64,000 nucleotides of DNA, from contig JAUYBI010000068.1 in assembly GCA_030693145.1 (NCBI GenBank), positions 16,374 to 80,373 on the forward strand. Direction: 5' to 3'. The translations under genes and the position numbers were made by a program. Origin of the DNA: Candidatus Omnitrophota bacterium (GTDB lineage Bacteria; Omnitrophota; Gorgyraeia; Gygaellales; Profunditerraquicolaceae). The notes under the pieces were generated by a model. It did not search any database. It had not been told where the DNA came from and worked only from the letters and a program-made list of their open reading frames with translations. Below, piece by piece: positions 33,811 through 42,695 of the stretch. The stretch's first letter is position 1, and each line of letters starts with the position of its first letter.

Positions 33811-34670
33811 TTAGCTTCTCTGAGTAAAAACTCCATTACTTTACGCGGCATGTGATCATCAATAACAATATTTTCTTTTTTGGCAATCTGAGATAAAATT
33901 AGATAGACCTTAACCTGTTTTTTGGCTTCCGGCTGAATTCCTTCTAAAAGCAATTTCTCCTGCTCATCAATTTTATCCCGCGGCAGGCCTTTCATCGCTA
34001 AGTCGATTTTAGCCTGCCTAAGCATGTCCTGAACCTGGCGCTCCACCAACCCGGCCGGCAGCTTAAACTCCAAACCACGAGTTATATTTTCAATTAACTC
34101 ATTTTCAATCCGCTGGCGCTCTTGATTCTCTTTGGTCATAAAGATCTGTCTTTCTACCGCCTTCTCTAGCTCGCTAAAATTAGGATACCCTAGAGAGCGG
34201 CTGAATTTATCATCCAGGCTTTCGGCCTTACGTGATTCTTTAACCGAATCAATCTGCCTGGCGATTTCATCGCTGGAAACTGAAACTAATTTGTAATTTA
34301 TTAACTGATGCTTATAGTTCTTAACCGCAATTTCAGGAGTAACTTCGACGATAGCTTTAAAAGAAAGGCTGCTGCGATCAAGCTTGACATCGGTAATCTG
34401 CGGTAGCTCGATAACATCAAGTTTTTCCGCGGCAATCGCCTGGTTATAAACATCCGGAACCAATTCCTTTAAAACCTGCTCATGCACACCGGATGCGTAA
34501 TGTTTTTCTAAAATATCCCTGGGCGCTTTGCCCGGACGAAAACCCGGAACCTTGGCCTCTTTGGCAACTTGAGCAAAAACCTCCTCAAATTTATTTTTAA
34601 CCAACTCTCCGCTTATGGCAACATTAATTTCGCACTTGGTGCTATCCAGTTTCTTAACTTCGGTTTTCAT
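33792..34670 (-). CDS. tig: Trigger factor (short, apparently lacking the PPIase domain)
   Basis: [10 protein letters not shown] ribosome-binding loop; upstream of clpP; only 292 aa. Confidence 0.88.
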   Translation of the reverse strand: MKTEVKKLDSTKCEINVAISGELVKNKFEEVFAQVAKEAKVPGFRPGKAPRDILEKHYASGVHEQVLKELVPDVYNQAIAAEKLDVIELPQITDVKLDRSSLSFKAIVEVTPEIAVKNYKHQLINYKLVSVSSDEIARQIDSVKESRKAESLDDKFSRSLGYPNFSELEKAVERQIFMTKENQERQRIENELIENITRGLEFKLPAGLVERQVQDMLRQAKIDLAMKGLPRDKIDEQEKLLLEGIQPEAKKQVKVYLILSQIAKKENIVIDDHMPRKVMEFLLREANWQPTS

Positions 34671-34715
34671 TTGTTCCCTTTCTTAAGATGCAATTGTTAT
34701 GAATTTACTAATTTT

Positions 34716-34806
34716 GTCATTCTGAGGCCACATTCGCTTCGCTCAGTGCGGGCTCCGGCCGAAGAATCTCGCCGGCAATGTGATCCTTCGCTCCGCTCAG
34801 GATGAC
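34716..34806. repeat. REP-like family C (GTCATTCTGAG..GAAGAATCT..GATCCTTCG..CTCAGGATGAC)
   Basis: Second copy at 41663-41729; related fragment at ~10545-10590. Confidence 0.8.
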
Positions 34807-34831
34807 AAAAAAGGGTATTTCGCAATAAACC

Positions 34832-35554
34832 CTACATGCGGAATTTCTCACCCAGATAAACCTGGCGCGCCTGCGGGTGATTAATCAGTTCCTGCGCCGA
34901 TCCTGAAATAAGAATTACCCCGTCTGAAATTAAATACGCCCGGTCAGTTATAGCCAAAGTCTCCCTAACATTGTGATCGGTTAATAAAATACCCAGGCCT
35001 TTGGCTTTTAATTCTTTAATAATCTCCTGAGCTTCATTAACCACGATCGGATCAATTCCGCTAAATGGCTCATCCAGAAGTATAAAAGAAGGATTGGTTA
35101 CCAGCGCCCGGGTAATCTCCAAACGCCTTCTCTCCCCGCCGCTTAAAGTATAGGCTTTGTTTTTGGCTAAATGCGCGATATTTAACTCTTCCAATAAAAA
35201 TGCCAGCCTGCGTTTTCTTTCTGTCCGGCTTAAAGATAAAGTTTCTAAAATCGCGTTTATATTTTCTTGGACCGTCAGTTTACGGAATATCGAGGCTTCT
35301 TGCGACAAGTACCCGATACCGAAACGCGCGCGCTCATGAATAGCCATATTGGTAATTTCATGGTTATCAAAAACAATCGTCCCCTTATTCGGAGCAACGA
35401 TACCTACGATCATATAAAAAGTGGTAGTTTTACCGGCGCCATTAGGCCCCAAGAGCCCCACAATCTCTCCGCGCTTAACCGTAATATCCACGCCTCTGAC
35501 TACCTGGCGGCCGTCATAGGATTTAGCTAAGCCTTTAGTTTCCAGAAGCCGCAT
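34832..35554 (-). CDS. lptB: LPS export ABC transporter ATPase
   Basis: [46 protein letters not shown]. Confidence 0.96.
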   Translation of the reverse strand: MRLLETKGLAKSYDGRQVVRGVDITVKRGEIVGLLGPNGAGKTTTFYMIVGIVAPNKGTIVFDNHEITNMAIHERARFGIGYLSQEASIFRKLTVQENINAILETLSLSRTERKRRLAFLLEELNIAHLAKNKAYTLSGGERRRLEITRALVTNPSFILLDEPFSGIDPIVVNEAQEIIKELKAKGLGILLTDHNVRETLAITDRAYLISDGVILISGSAQELINHPQARQVYLGEKFRM

Positions 35555-36451
35555 TTACTGAGTCTCCGTTTGGTAAATGACTATTTGGGGCCTACCGGTT
35601 AAAGTTATCTTTTTATCTATGGCGGTATAAATTGCTTCCTGGCTATAAGAAATATTTTCACCGCGCAATATCCGCACATTTCCTAAAGCCACAATCTTAT
35701 GCACGGAACTGGAGATCGCGGCCGGCCCTTGAGCCGCTGCCTGATCCTGTTGTTTCGGGGTAAAATAAACCTGCATTTTATCGCTGTAAATTGTTAAATC
35801 CGGTTTTTCTACTTTAACATTATTATTAAATATGGCAATATTTTTTTCATAATCCACATCCAGCGGCCCATCGCAGGTAATCACAATCTTTTCCTTTTTA
35901 TTAACCTGCCCATCCTGCGCCTGAATATCCAACCGCACATTTTTGTCTAACACAATCTGCTTTAATGCGGTTTGCCCCTGCGCCCCCTGCCCCGAAAGGT
36001 TCATATCCTGCCGGCTAAAATTAACTTTATCCAGAGTACTCACAATCTGCTGATTGCGGTCCCAATCCAGAGTATCCGTAGTAAGTTTTGAGCCGCTGGA
36101 GGTAGTAATTACGACATTATCCTGCAAATGCACCAGGCCGCTTTTCTTATTAAAATCACCCTTATCCGCGGTGAGATTAATCGTATCATTCTGGCCATAA
36201 TTATTACCCACTACTTTTTTCAGCTTAACCACTTCACTAAATATATCCGCGGACTTGCCGGCAAGATCCCAGGACTTTTTTCCTTTATCCCCGAATCCGG
36301 AAAGAGAAAAATCTCCGATCTGTTGATCGGATTCCCGGGCTTTGGCCTTGGCTGCCGGGATAGGTTTTATTTCTTTAACTTCAACTGCCCCAAGATGAGC
36401 GTAGGTAAGAAATAAAAACGCGAAAATTAAAACTGTTTTTTTATGCTCCAT
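35555..36451 (-). CDS. LptC/LptA(OstA) double beta-jellyroll protein
   Basis: LptC-like N half and OstA-like C half (GNVRI, LTGRP); lies between kdsC and lptB. Confidence 0.75.
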   Translation of the reverse strand: MEHKKTVLIFAFLFLTYAHLGAVEVKEIKPIPAAKAKARESDQQIGDFSLSGFGDKGKKSWDLAGKSADIFSEVVKLKKVVGNNYGQNDTINLTADKGDFNKKSGLVHLQDNVVITTSSGSKLTTDTLDWDRNQQIVSTLDKVNFSRQDMNLSGQGAQGQTALKQIVLDKNVRLDIQAQDGQVNKKEKIVITCDGPLDVDYEKNIAIFNNNVKVEKPDLTIYSDKMQVYFTPKQQDQAAAQGPAAISSSVHKIVALGNVRILRGENISYSQEAIYTAIDKKITLTGRPQIVIYQTETQ

Positions 36452-36983
36452 AAAACTTTAAAACATCTTTCCACTTGTCTTGCGATTTAAGAATTAACTC
36501 GGCTACTTCCCGGACTGCTCCCCGGCCACCCCGGCAATTAGTTACATAAACGGCTGCCTCTTTTACTTCGCTGGAGGCATTGGCCGGGGCTATCGGCAGG
36601 CCGATTTCACGCATCAGCGATAAATCCACCAGATCGTCACCCACAAAACAAACCTCATCTTTTGCCACGCGGTATTTCTTAAGAATTTTATCTAAAACCG
36701 CGGTCTTAGGAAAAATATCAGCAAAAACTTCGGCCACCCGCATATCTTTTGAACGCGGCGAGATAGTCTTAGAATTCTTGGCAGTAATGATGACTGTATT
36801 GATACCGCATTTATGTAAACAATAGACACCTAAACCATCATGCACATCAAAAAATTTAGAATCCCGGCCGCTGGAATCATAAATTATTCTACCGTCGGTT
36901 AAAACCCCATCTACATCCAAAAGCAGCAGTTTGACTTTTCTAAAACGTGCTTTTAATTCTTCTTTAATCAGTTCCCCTGACAT
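36441..36983 (-). CDS. kdsC: KDO 8-phosphate phosphatase
   Basis: DVDGVLTDG, FVGDDLVD, GGRGAVRE. Confidence 0.95.
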   Translation of the reverse strand: MSGELIKEELKARFRKVKLLLLDVDGVLTDGRIIYDSSGRDSKFFDVHDGLGVYCLHKCGINTVIITAKNSKTISPRSKDMRVAEVFADIFPKTAVLDKILKKYRVAKDEVCFVGDDLVDLSLMREIGLPIAPANASSEVKEAAVYVTNCRGGRGAVREVAELILKSQDKWKDVLKFYGA

Positions 36984-36987
36984 ATTT

Positions 36988-37956
36988 TTAGATTAATCCT
37001 GCTTTCAACAGGTCCTGCACATCCAATAAGCCCACCGGGCGCATAAATTTATCTACCACCGGGACTTCGTCGATTTTTTTGGCCTGCAATATCCGCATGG
37101 CCTCAGCCGCCAGCATATCTTTATTGACGACAGTAGGATTCTTAGTCATTACCTCTTTAATCGGCCGGCCCGGCAAATTATTATCAGAAGCCAAATGCCG
37201 GCGCAGGTCTCCATCGGTAAAAATTCCTTTTAGTTTTCCGCCTTTATCCACCACGATAGCTGAGCCGGCCCGAGCCCGGGTAATCGCCAATAAAACTTCC
37301 GCTACCAATTTATCTTCCCGGACAATCGCATTGGCTTGCCCCTGGCGCATAATATCCTGGACCGTTAAAAGCAGGCGCCTGCCTAAAGCCCCCCCGGGAT
37401 GAAAAAAAGCAAAATCCTTTTCTTTAAAACCTTTGCGTTCCAATAAACATATAGCCAGGGCATCCGCCATCGCCAAAGCAGCCGTGGTCGAAGCGGTGGG
37501 AGCCAGGCCCAATGGACAGGCTTCTTTTTTAACGGAAACATCTAAAACTACATCGCTGTATTTAGCCAACACGGATTTAGAATTTCCGGTAAGCGAAATA
37601 ATCGGCACACCTATTTTTTTGAGTATCGGCAAAAGCTGCTTCATTTCTTCAGTTGAGCCGCTATTAGAAAGAATGATTACGACATCATCAGGCGTGACCT
37701 TGCCTAAATCACCGTGAATTGCTTCCGCGGTATGCAGAAATAAACTGGGGGTTCCCGTAGAAGCCAAAGTGGCGGAAAATTTTTGCGCAATAATCCCGGT
37801 TTTACCCATTCCACTCACTACCACCCTGCCTTTGCTCTTAAGGATCAGCTCTATTGCCTGAATAAAGCCTTTGCCTAAGCGCGCCTTTAACCGCCGGATT
37901 GCCTGCGCTTCAATTTCCAAAACTTCTTTTGCCCGTTTAATTATGTTGATATTCAT
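36988..37956 (-). CDS. kdsD: Arabinose-5-phosphate isomerase (SIS plus CBS domains)
   Basis: GMGK.G, EAIHGDLG, EACPLGLAPTAST, HPGGALG. Confidence 0.95.
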   Translation of the reverse strand: MNINIIKRAKEVLEIEAQAIRRLKARLGKGFIQAIELILKSKGRVVVSGMGKTGIIAQKFSATLASTGTPSLFLHTAEAIHGDLGKVTPDDVVIILSNSGSTEEMKQLLPILKKIGVPIISLTGNSKSVLAKYSDVVLDVSVKKEACPLGLAPTASTTAALAMADALAICLLERKGFKEKDFAFFHPGGALGRRLLLTVQDIMRQGQANAIVREDKLVAEVLLAITRARAGSAIVVDKGGKLKGIFTDGDLRRHLASDNNLPGRPIKEVMTKNPTVVNKDMLAAEAMRILQAKKIDEVPVVDKFMRPVGLLDVQDLLKAGLI

Positions 37957-38768
37957 AGTGCCTGCCTAATTTTTTTTATTTGTTTTAAGAGATCTTCCAG
38001 TTCCTTATAATTAATCATATTCGACCCGTCGCAAGGCGCGGTTTTAGGATCGGGATGCACCTCCAAAAACAGGCCATCACAGCCAAAAGCAACCGCTGCC
38101 CGGGATAACCCGGCGACAAACTCCGTCTGGCCTCCTGAACAAGCGCCTAAACCTCCGGGAAGCTGCACACTATGCGTAGCATCATAAATTACCGGATACC
38201 CGAAATTACGCATAATTTTTAAACTACGCAAATCCGTAACTAAATTATTGTACCCAAAACTTACCCCTCTTTCCGTGATCAGGATCTGTTTATTACCCAG
38301 GCTCTCGACCTTCTTAATAATCGGCAGGATATCCCAGGGCGCAAGAAACTGGCCTTTTTTAATATTAACCACCTTACCGGTCCTGGCGGCGGCTAAAACA
38401 ATATCGGTCTGCCGGCATAAAAATGCCGGTATCTGAATAATATCCAACACTTCGGCTGAGGCCGGAATATCTTTTACACAATGCACATCACTTAAAATCG
38501 GCACCTTGAGCCTGGCTTTTACTTTCTTTAAAATCGCCAGCCCTTTCTTTAATCCCGGCCCGCGGTAAGAACCTACGGAAAGCCGGTTAGCTTTGTCAAA
38601 ACTAGATTTAAATATAAACGGTATATCTAAACTGGCAGCAATATTTTTAATCTTCCCCGCCGCTTCCAAGCAAGAACTTTCGGATTCGATAGCACATGGC
38701 CCGGCAATCAGAACCAGCGGATACCGCTCCCCAAATTTTATATTTCCCACATTAACCGGATGCATCAA
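37953..38768 (-). CDS. kdsA: KDO 8-phosphate synthase
   Basis: AGPCAIES, KSSFDKANR, QIPAFLCRQTD, DATHSVQLPGG. Confidence 0.97.
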   Translation of the reverse strand: MMHPVNVGNIKFGERYPLVLIAGPCAIESESSCLEAAGKIKNIAASLDIPFIFKSSFDKANRLSVGSYRGPGLKKGLAILKKVKARLKVPILSDVHCVKDIPASAEVLDIIQIPAFLCRQTDIVLAAARTGKVVNIKKGQFLAPWDILPIIKKVESLGNKQILITERGVSFGYNNLVTDLRSLKIMRNFGYPVIYDATHSVQLPGGLGACSGGQTEFVAGLSRAAVAFGCDGLFLEVHPDPKTAPCDGSNMINYKELEDLLKQIKKIRQAL

Positions 38769-39505
38769 TTTATCCTCTTTTGCAATTTTTCCTTCACTTT
38801 TTCTAAATCCTTAGGAGTATCCACGCCAATGGTATCAAATGGCGTCTGAATTACTTTAATTTTGTAACCTTCAGCCAAAACGCGCAACTGTTCTAATTTC
38901 TCCGTTTTTTCAAGATTAGAAACGGGAAGATTTTTATAAGTAAAAAGAAAATCCTTGGTATAACCATAAAGGCCGATATGCTTATAATAAGTTACCTGGT
39001 CAATCTCGGCATTGGGCGCTAAATACGGGATAGGCGCGCGCGAAAAATACAAAGCAAAATTATTTTTATCCACTACGACTTTTACCACATTTGGATCAAG
39101 CAATTCTAAAACATCTTCGATCTTTTTCATCAGCGTAGCCATATTTAGCATTTTGTCTTCCAATAATGCCCGGGCAACGCTATCAATCATCATCGGATGA
39201 ACCAACGGTTCATCCGCCTGAATATTAATAATGACTTTTACATCCAGGGGGTTAATTACTTCACTAATCCGGTCGGTGCCGCAGGTGTGCTCATTCGAGG
39301 TCATTACGGCTTTAGCCCCAAATTCAGTAGCTACTTTCAGGACAATTTCATGATCACAAGCAATGATTAGATCATCCAACATGCGGGATTGTTTGGCCCG
39401 CTCCCAAACATGCTGCAACATCGGCTTGCCCATAATATCCGCCAGCACCTTAGCCTGGAACCTGGTAGACGAGTACCTGGCAGGGATTACCCCGATAACA
39501 TCCAT
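38765..39505 (-). CDS. kdsB: CMP-KDO synthetase
   Basis: IPARYSSTRF, GTDRI, HIGLY, EKLEQLR. Confidence 0.96.
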   Translation of the reverse strand: MDVIGVIPARYSSTRFQAKVLADIMGKPMLQHVWERAKQSRMLDDLIIACDHEIVLKVATEFGAKAVMTSNEHTCGTDRISEVINPLDVKVIINIQADEPLVHPMMIDSVARALLEDKMLNMATLMKKIEDVLELLDPNVVKVVVDKNNFALYFSRAPIPYLAPNAEIDQVTYYKHIGLYGYTKDFLFTYKNLPVSNLEKTEKLEQLRVLAEGYKIKVIQTPFDTIGVDTPKDLEKVKEKLQKRIN

Positions 39506-40519
39506 TTAGTTTATCCTCTCTAAAAGTTCTTTTGTACTCGTAACCGCCGTCCCCAATTTACCCACTACGATTCCGGCGGCAAAATTAGCGATATGCGCTG
39601 CCTCTAACTTAGAGGCACCGGCACAAAGAGCCAAAGTAAAAGTACTGATTACCGTATCTCCTGCCCCGGATACATCAAAAACCTCCTGGGCTACCGTGGG
39701 GATATGCGTCAAGCGGCCATTCTTCTCCAACAACTTCATCCCCTGCTCACCTAAGGTAATCAGGATAGAATCAAGATTAAGGTATTCTAAAATTTCCCGG
39801 CCAGCCAAATCCACATCTTTATCCGTAAATAATTTATCCGTATTTATTTTAAAACGATTGGTGGTGTCTTGGATCTTAAGATTCCTGATCGCATTTTCCA
39901 GCTCTTTGCGGTTAGGGGTAATGGCATTCACCGACCGATAATACTGAAAATTTTCCTCTTTAGGGTCCACCGTAATAATTTTCTTACGCGCTTTGGCCAG
40001 CCGGATGAGCATCTCCAGCAGAGCGATATTAACCACTCCTTTGCCATAATCCTCGATGATCACCGCATCAAAGGAATTAATATTCTTTTGGATAAATTTC
40101 AAAATTTTCGCGTTTAATTCTTTAGGCAGGTCATGCGTATGCTCCCAATCAACCCGAACTACCTGCTGATGGCCGGCCAGGATGCGCGTCTTGACCGTAG
40201 TATGCCGGTTGGCCTCCACAAAGATACCTTTAGTATTAATCTTTCTTTTCTTTAATTCACTAAGCAGAATTTTAGAATTGGCGTCACTTCCGGTAACTCC
40301 CAACAAGGTAACTTTACCGCCGAGAGAGCAAATATTGTTGGCCACGTTCGCTGTGCCTCCGGGAACGAATGTCCGCTTCTTTGCCCAAAGCACGGGAACC
40401 GGAGCTTCCGGAGAAATCCTTTCCACGCTTCCCCAGATATATTCATCCAAGATCAAATCCCCCACCACCAGGATATTCACTTGATTGAATTTACGGATTA
40501 TATTTTTTAAATTTCTCAT
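39506..40519 (-). CDS. rfaE1: D-glycero-beta-D-manno-heptose-7-phosphate kinase
   Basis: RISPEAPVPV, DYGKG, DVSGAGDTV, AAGIVVGKLGT. Confidence 0.93.
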   Translation of the reverse strand: MRNLKNIIRKFNQVNILVVGDLILDEYIWGSVERISPEAPVPVLWAKKRTFVPGGTANVANNICSLGGKVTLLGVTGSDANSKILLSELKKRKINTKGIFVEANRHTTVKTRILAGHQQVVRVDWEHTHDLPKELNAKILKFIQKNINSFDAVIIEDYGKGVVNIALLEMLIRLAKARKKIITVDPKEENFQYYRSVNAITPNRKELENAIRNLKIQDTTNRFKINTDKLFTDKDVDLAGREILEYLNLDSILITLGEQGMKLLEKNGRLTHIPTVAQEVFDVSGAGDTVISTFTLALCAGASKLEAAHIANFAAGIVVGKLGTAVTSTKELLERIN

Positions 40520-41463
40520 ATCTTCTCAATTACGCTTTGCGCTAAAAGCGGAAGCATGATTTCATGGTGTCCGATAATATAATACCCCTTACCCCCGGAA
40601 GCAGTGGGCCGGCTGACCACGTTCTGTGCCGCTCGATACTGATAAAGCATATCAAAATTCGCGGAAGTAAAATCTTTAACTTTATTTCCTAAATTCCGGG
40701 CAAGGTTGAGGGCCTTTAGGAATACCTCCGGCAACATCACTGCTGAACCAAAATTTAAAACCACTCCCCCCTGATTTAAGGAAGGGATGTTTTCTGCCAA
40801 AATATGGAAATCCCGCAATGAACCCACGGCCGTAGAAGCAGCGTCAAATGACTGATGCTGATGAATAATATCCGTGCCAATTCCCACAAAAACACAAACC
40901 GGCACCTTATGTTTATACGCATGATAAAGTAAACTTAAATCTTTATTCGCTAAAGCGGTTGTGGCTATCGCATTCGCCACGGCATAACCTAAACCAAAAC
41001 CTTTCTTTACCCCTTCCTTGGCCGCGCAGTTTAAGAAATCCGCGGTCTCCTTACCCATGCCGAATTTTCCGGTTTTGAGGTTTGCGGCAACATCTTCGGA
41101 GGTTTTCCCCTGAAAAGCAATTTCAAAATCATGAATAATACCCGCGCCGTTTAGGCAAATACAGGAAATTACTTTTTTCTCAAGCAACTCAATTAAAACC
41201 GGATTCAGCCCGCACTTAATCACGTGCGCCCCGGCCATCAAGATTACTCCTTTATTTTTCTTGCGCGCGGAAACAATATCCGCAGAAACCGCACGCAAAT
41301 CTTTGGCTTTTAGAATATTAGGTAAAGAATCCAAAAAGCTGACAAAGCTTTTAGCTTTGGCGGGTTTGGAGGCAAAATCCCCCTTATTCACCTTGCTGGC
41401 GCGCTCTTTAATCGAATATCTTTTTACTTTCTTTAAGTTAATCATAGGAATTGATTTTAACAC
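40516..41463 (-). CDS. Conserved hypothetical protein, deoxyhypusine synthase-like fold
   Basis: GAHVIKCGL, NGAGIIHDFE, GSAVMLPEVFLKA, GHHEIM; heads the heptose/Kdo operon. Confidence 0.6.
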   Translation of the reverse strand: MLKSIPMINLKKVKRYSIKERASKVNKGDFASKPAKAKSFVSFLDSLPNILKAKDLRAVSADIVSARKKNKGVILMAGAHVIKCGLNPVLIELLEKKVISCICLNGAGIIHDFEIAFQGKTSEDVAANLKTGKFGMGKETADFLNCAAKEGVKKGFGLGYAVANAIATTALANKDLSLLYHAYKHKVPVCVFVGIGTDIIHQHQSFDAASTAVGSLRDFHILAENIPSLNQGGVVLNFGSAVMLPEVFLKALNLARNLGNKVKDFTSANFDMLYQYRAAQNVVSRPTASGGKGYYIIGHHEIMLPLLAQSVIEKI

Positions 41464-41507
41464 AATTCAACCTGAAATCAAATAGAAATATTTGATGGAC
41501 ACTATAA

Positions 41508-41592
41508 TAAACTCTGCTGACTTTTATTAACAATAGTGGGGTGGGTTTAAACCCACCCTACTATTGAAAGTCAACAAGGTTTATTACACTGT
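41508..41592 (+). repeat. Left copy of the ~85-90 bp direct repeat bracketing the DGR/adhesin island
   Basis: taaactctgctgacttttattaa...[REP]...aaagtcaacaaggttt.ttacactgt matches 53938-54029. Confidence 0.85.
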
Positions 41593-41662
41593 CATTTGAT
41601 GGGATTTTTCTTTTTAAGAGAACCTTCTGATCATGGGACTGTTGCGAAATTCAATTTGTACC

Positions 41663-41729
41663 GTCATTCTGAGGCCGAAGGCCGAAGAATCTCGACGCTG
41701 ATAAGATCCTTCGCTTCGCTCAGGATGAC
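41663..41729. repeat. REP-like family C
   Basis: Matches 34716-34806. Confidence 0.8.
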
Positions 41730-41960
41730 GGAGAATGGCATTTCGCAACAGGCTCATTATATAAGAATAGATGGCCTCAGATAAAAACTCCCTGTCTTTC
41801 GAACAGAAAGCTGGAGAAAAATCGTAATTTGTAAAATTAGAGAAAAATTGGCAGGTTTTATAAAATTTTAGTACAAATTGTAACTTTATCGTAGTGCTGG
41901 GCTCTAAGTTTATAAGTTTTATGCGCCTATTTGAACGGGCTAAACAAAAACGGTCTAAGA

Positions 41961-42647
41961 TTATTCACGGGGTTCTTGTTCTGCTTCCAGTTTTATCTGA
42001 TGCTGCCAGATGAAAAAGAATCCGGCGCCTAAAATACCAAGAAATATAACAATGAATAAAATAATCTTCCAGGTAAATTTGGCTAATCCTTTAGGTGCGA
42101 CTTCTGACAAAAGGGTCTTTGCGGCTACCAAATCAGCCTTGGCGGAATTAAGCAAACTCAAACTATTGCGATAATTAGAAATTTTATAATCCGGACCGAC
42201 AGATGACAGATCTTGCATAGCCTCTGCCTCTTTTAATTTATTATCTACCCCATCATAGAGCGGTTTGGCGCGGTCATAATAATCTGTTTTCTTGAATTCA
42301 TCCAAGATTGCTTTAGCATCCTGACGCATTATTGCTATCTGGGTTGGATCAATCACCCAAACATCTTTAATCTCTATTTCTTTTTCTAATTTCTCTTTGG
42401 GCTCAAGCAAATATTCACCGAAAACATAATAACTCCCTTGTTGGGCGTCATAAGCAATCTCAAGGTCGCCTTTATAAAGAACATCTTCGGGTTTTACTTC
42501 TAAAGGAAGGTAAACTTTAATCGGAACTGTTTTATCTGAATCAGCGGGATTTACAGCTATAAGACGCATAGTAATTCCAGCTTGGGCGGGTATGCAAAAT
42601 AACAAACCAAAAACAAAAAACAGAAAAGCAAACTTCCTAATTTTCAT
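41961..42647 (-). CDS. Exported protein with a helical region and C-terminal TM anchor
   Basis: Signal peptide (..PAQA), beta-rich N-domain, helical bundle, hydrophobic WKIILFIVIFLGILGAGFFFIW. Confidence 0.7.
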   Translation of the reverse strand: MKIRKFAFLFFVFGLLFCIPAQAGITMRLIAVNPADSDKTVPIKVYLPLEVKPEDVLYKGDLEIAYDAQQGSYYVFGEYLLEPKEKLEKEIEIKDVWVIDPTQIAIMRQDAKAILDEFKKTDYYDRAKPLYDGVDNKLKEAEAMQDLSSVGPDYKISNYRNSLSLLNSAKADLVAAKTLLSEVAPKGLAKFTWKIILFIVIFLGILGAGFFFIWQHQIKLEAEQEPRE

Positions 42648-42695
42648 ACTTATACGCGCTGCATACCGTAACTATGGTTGAACTAAAGTATAAAT

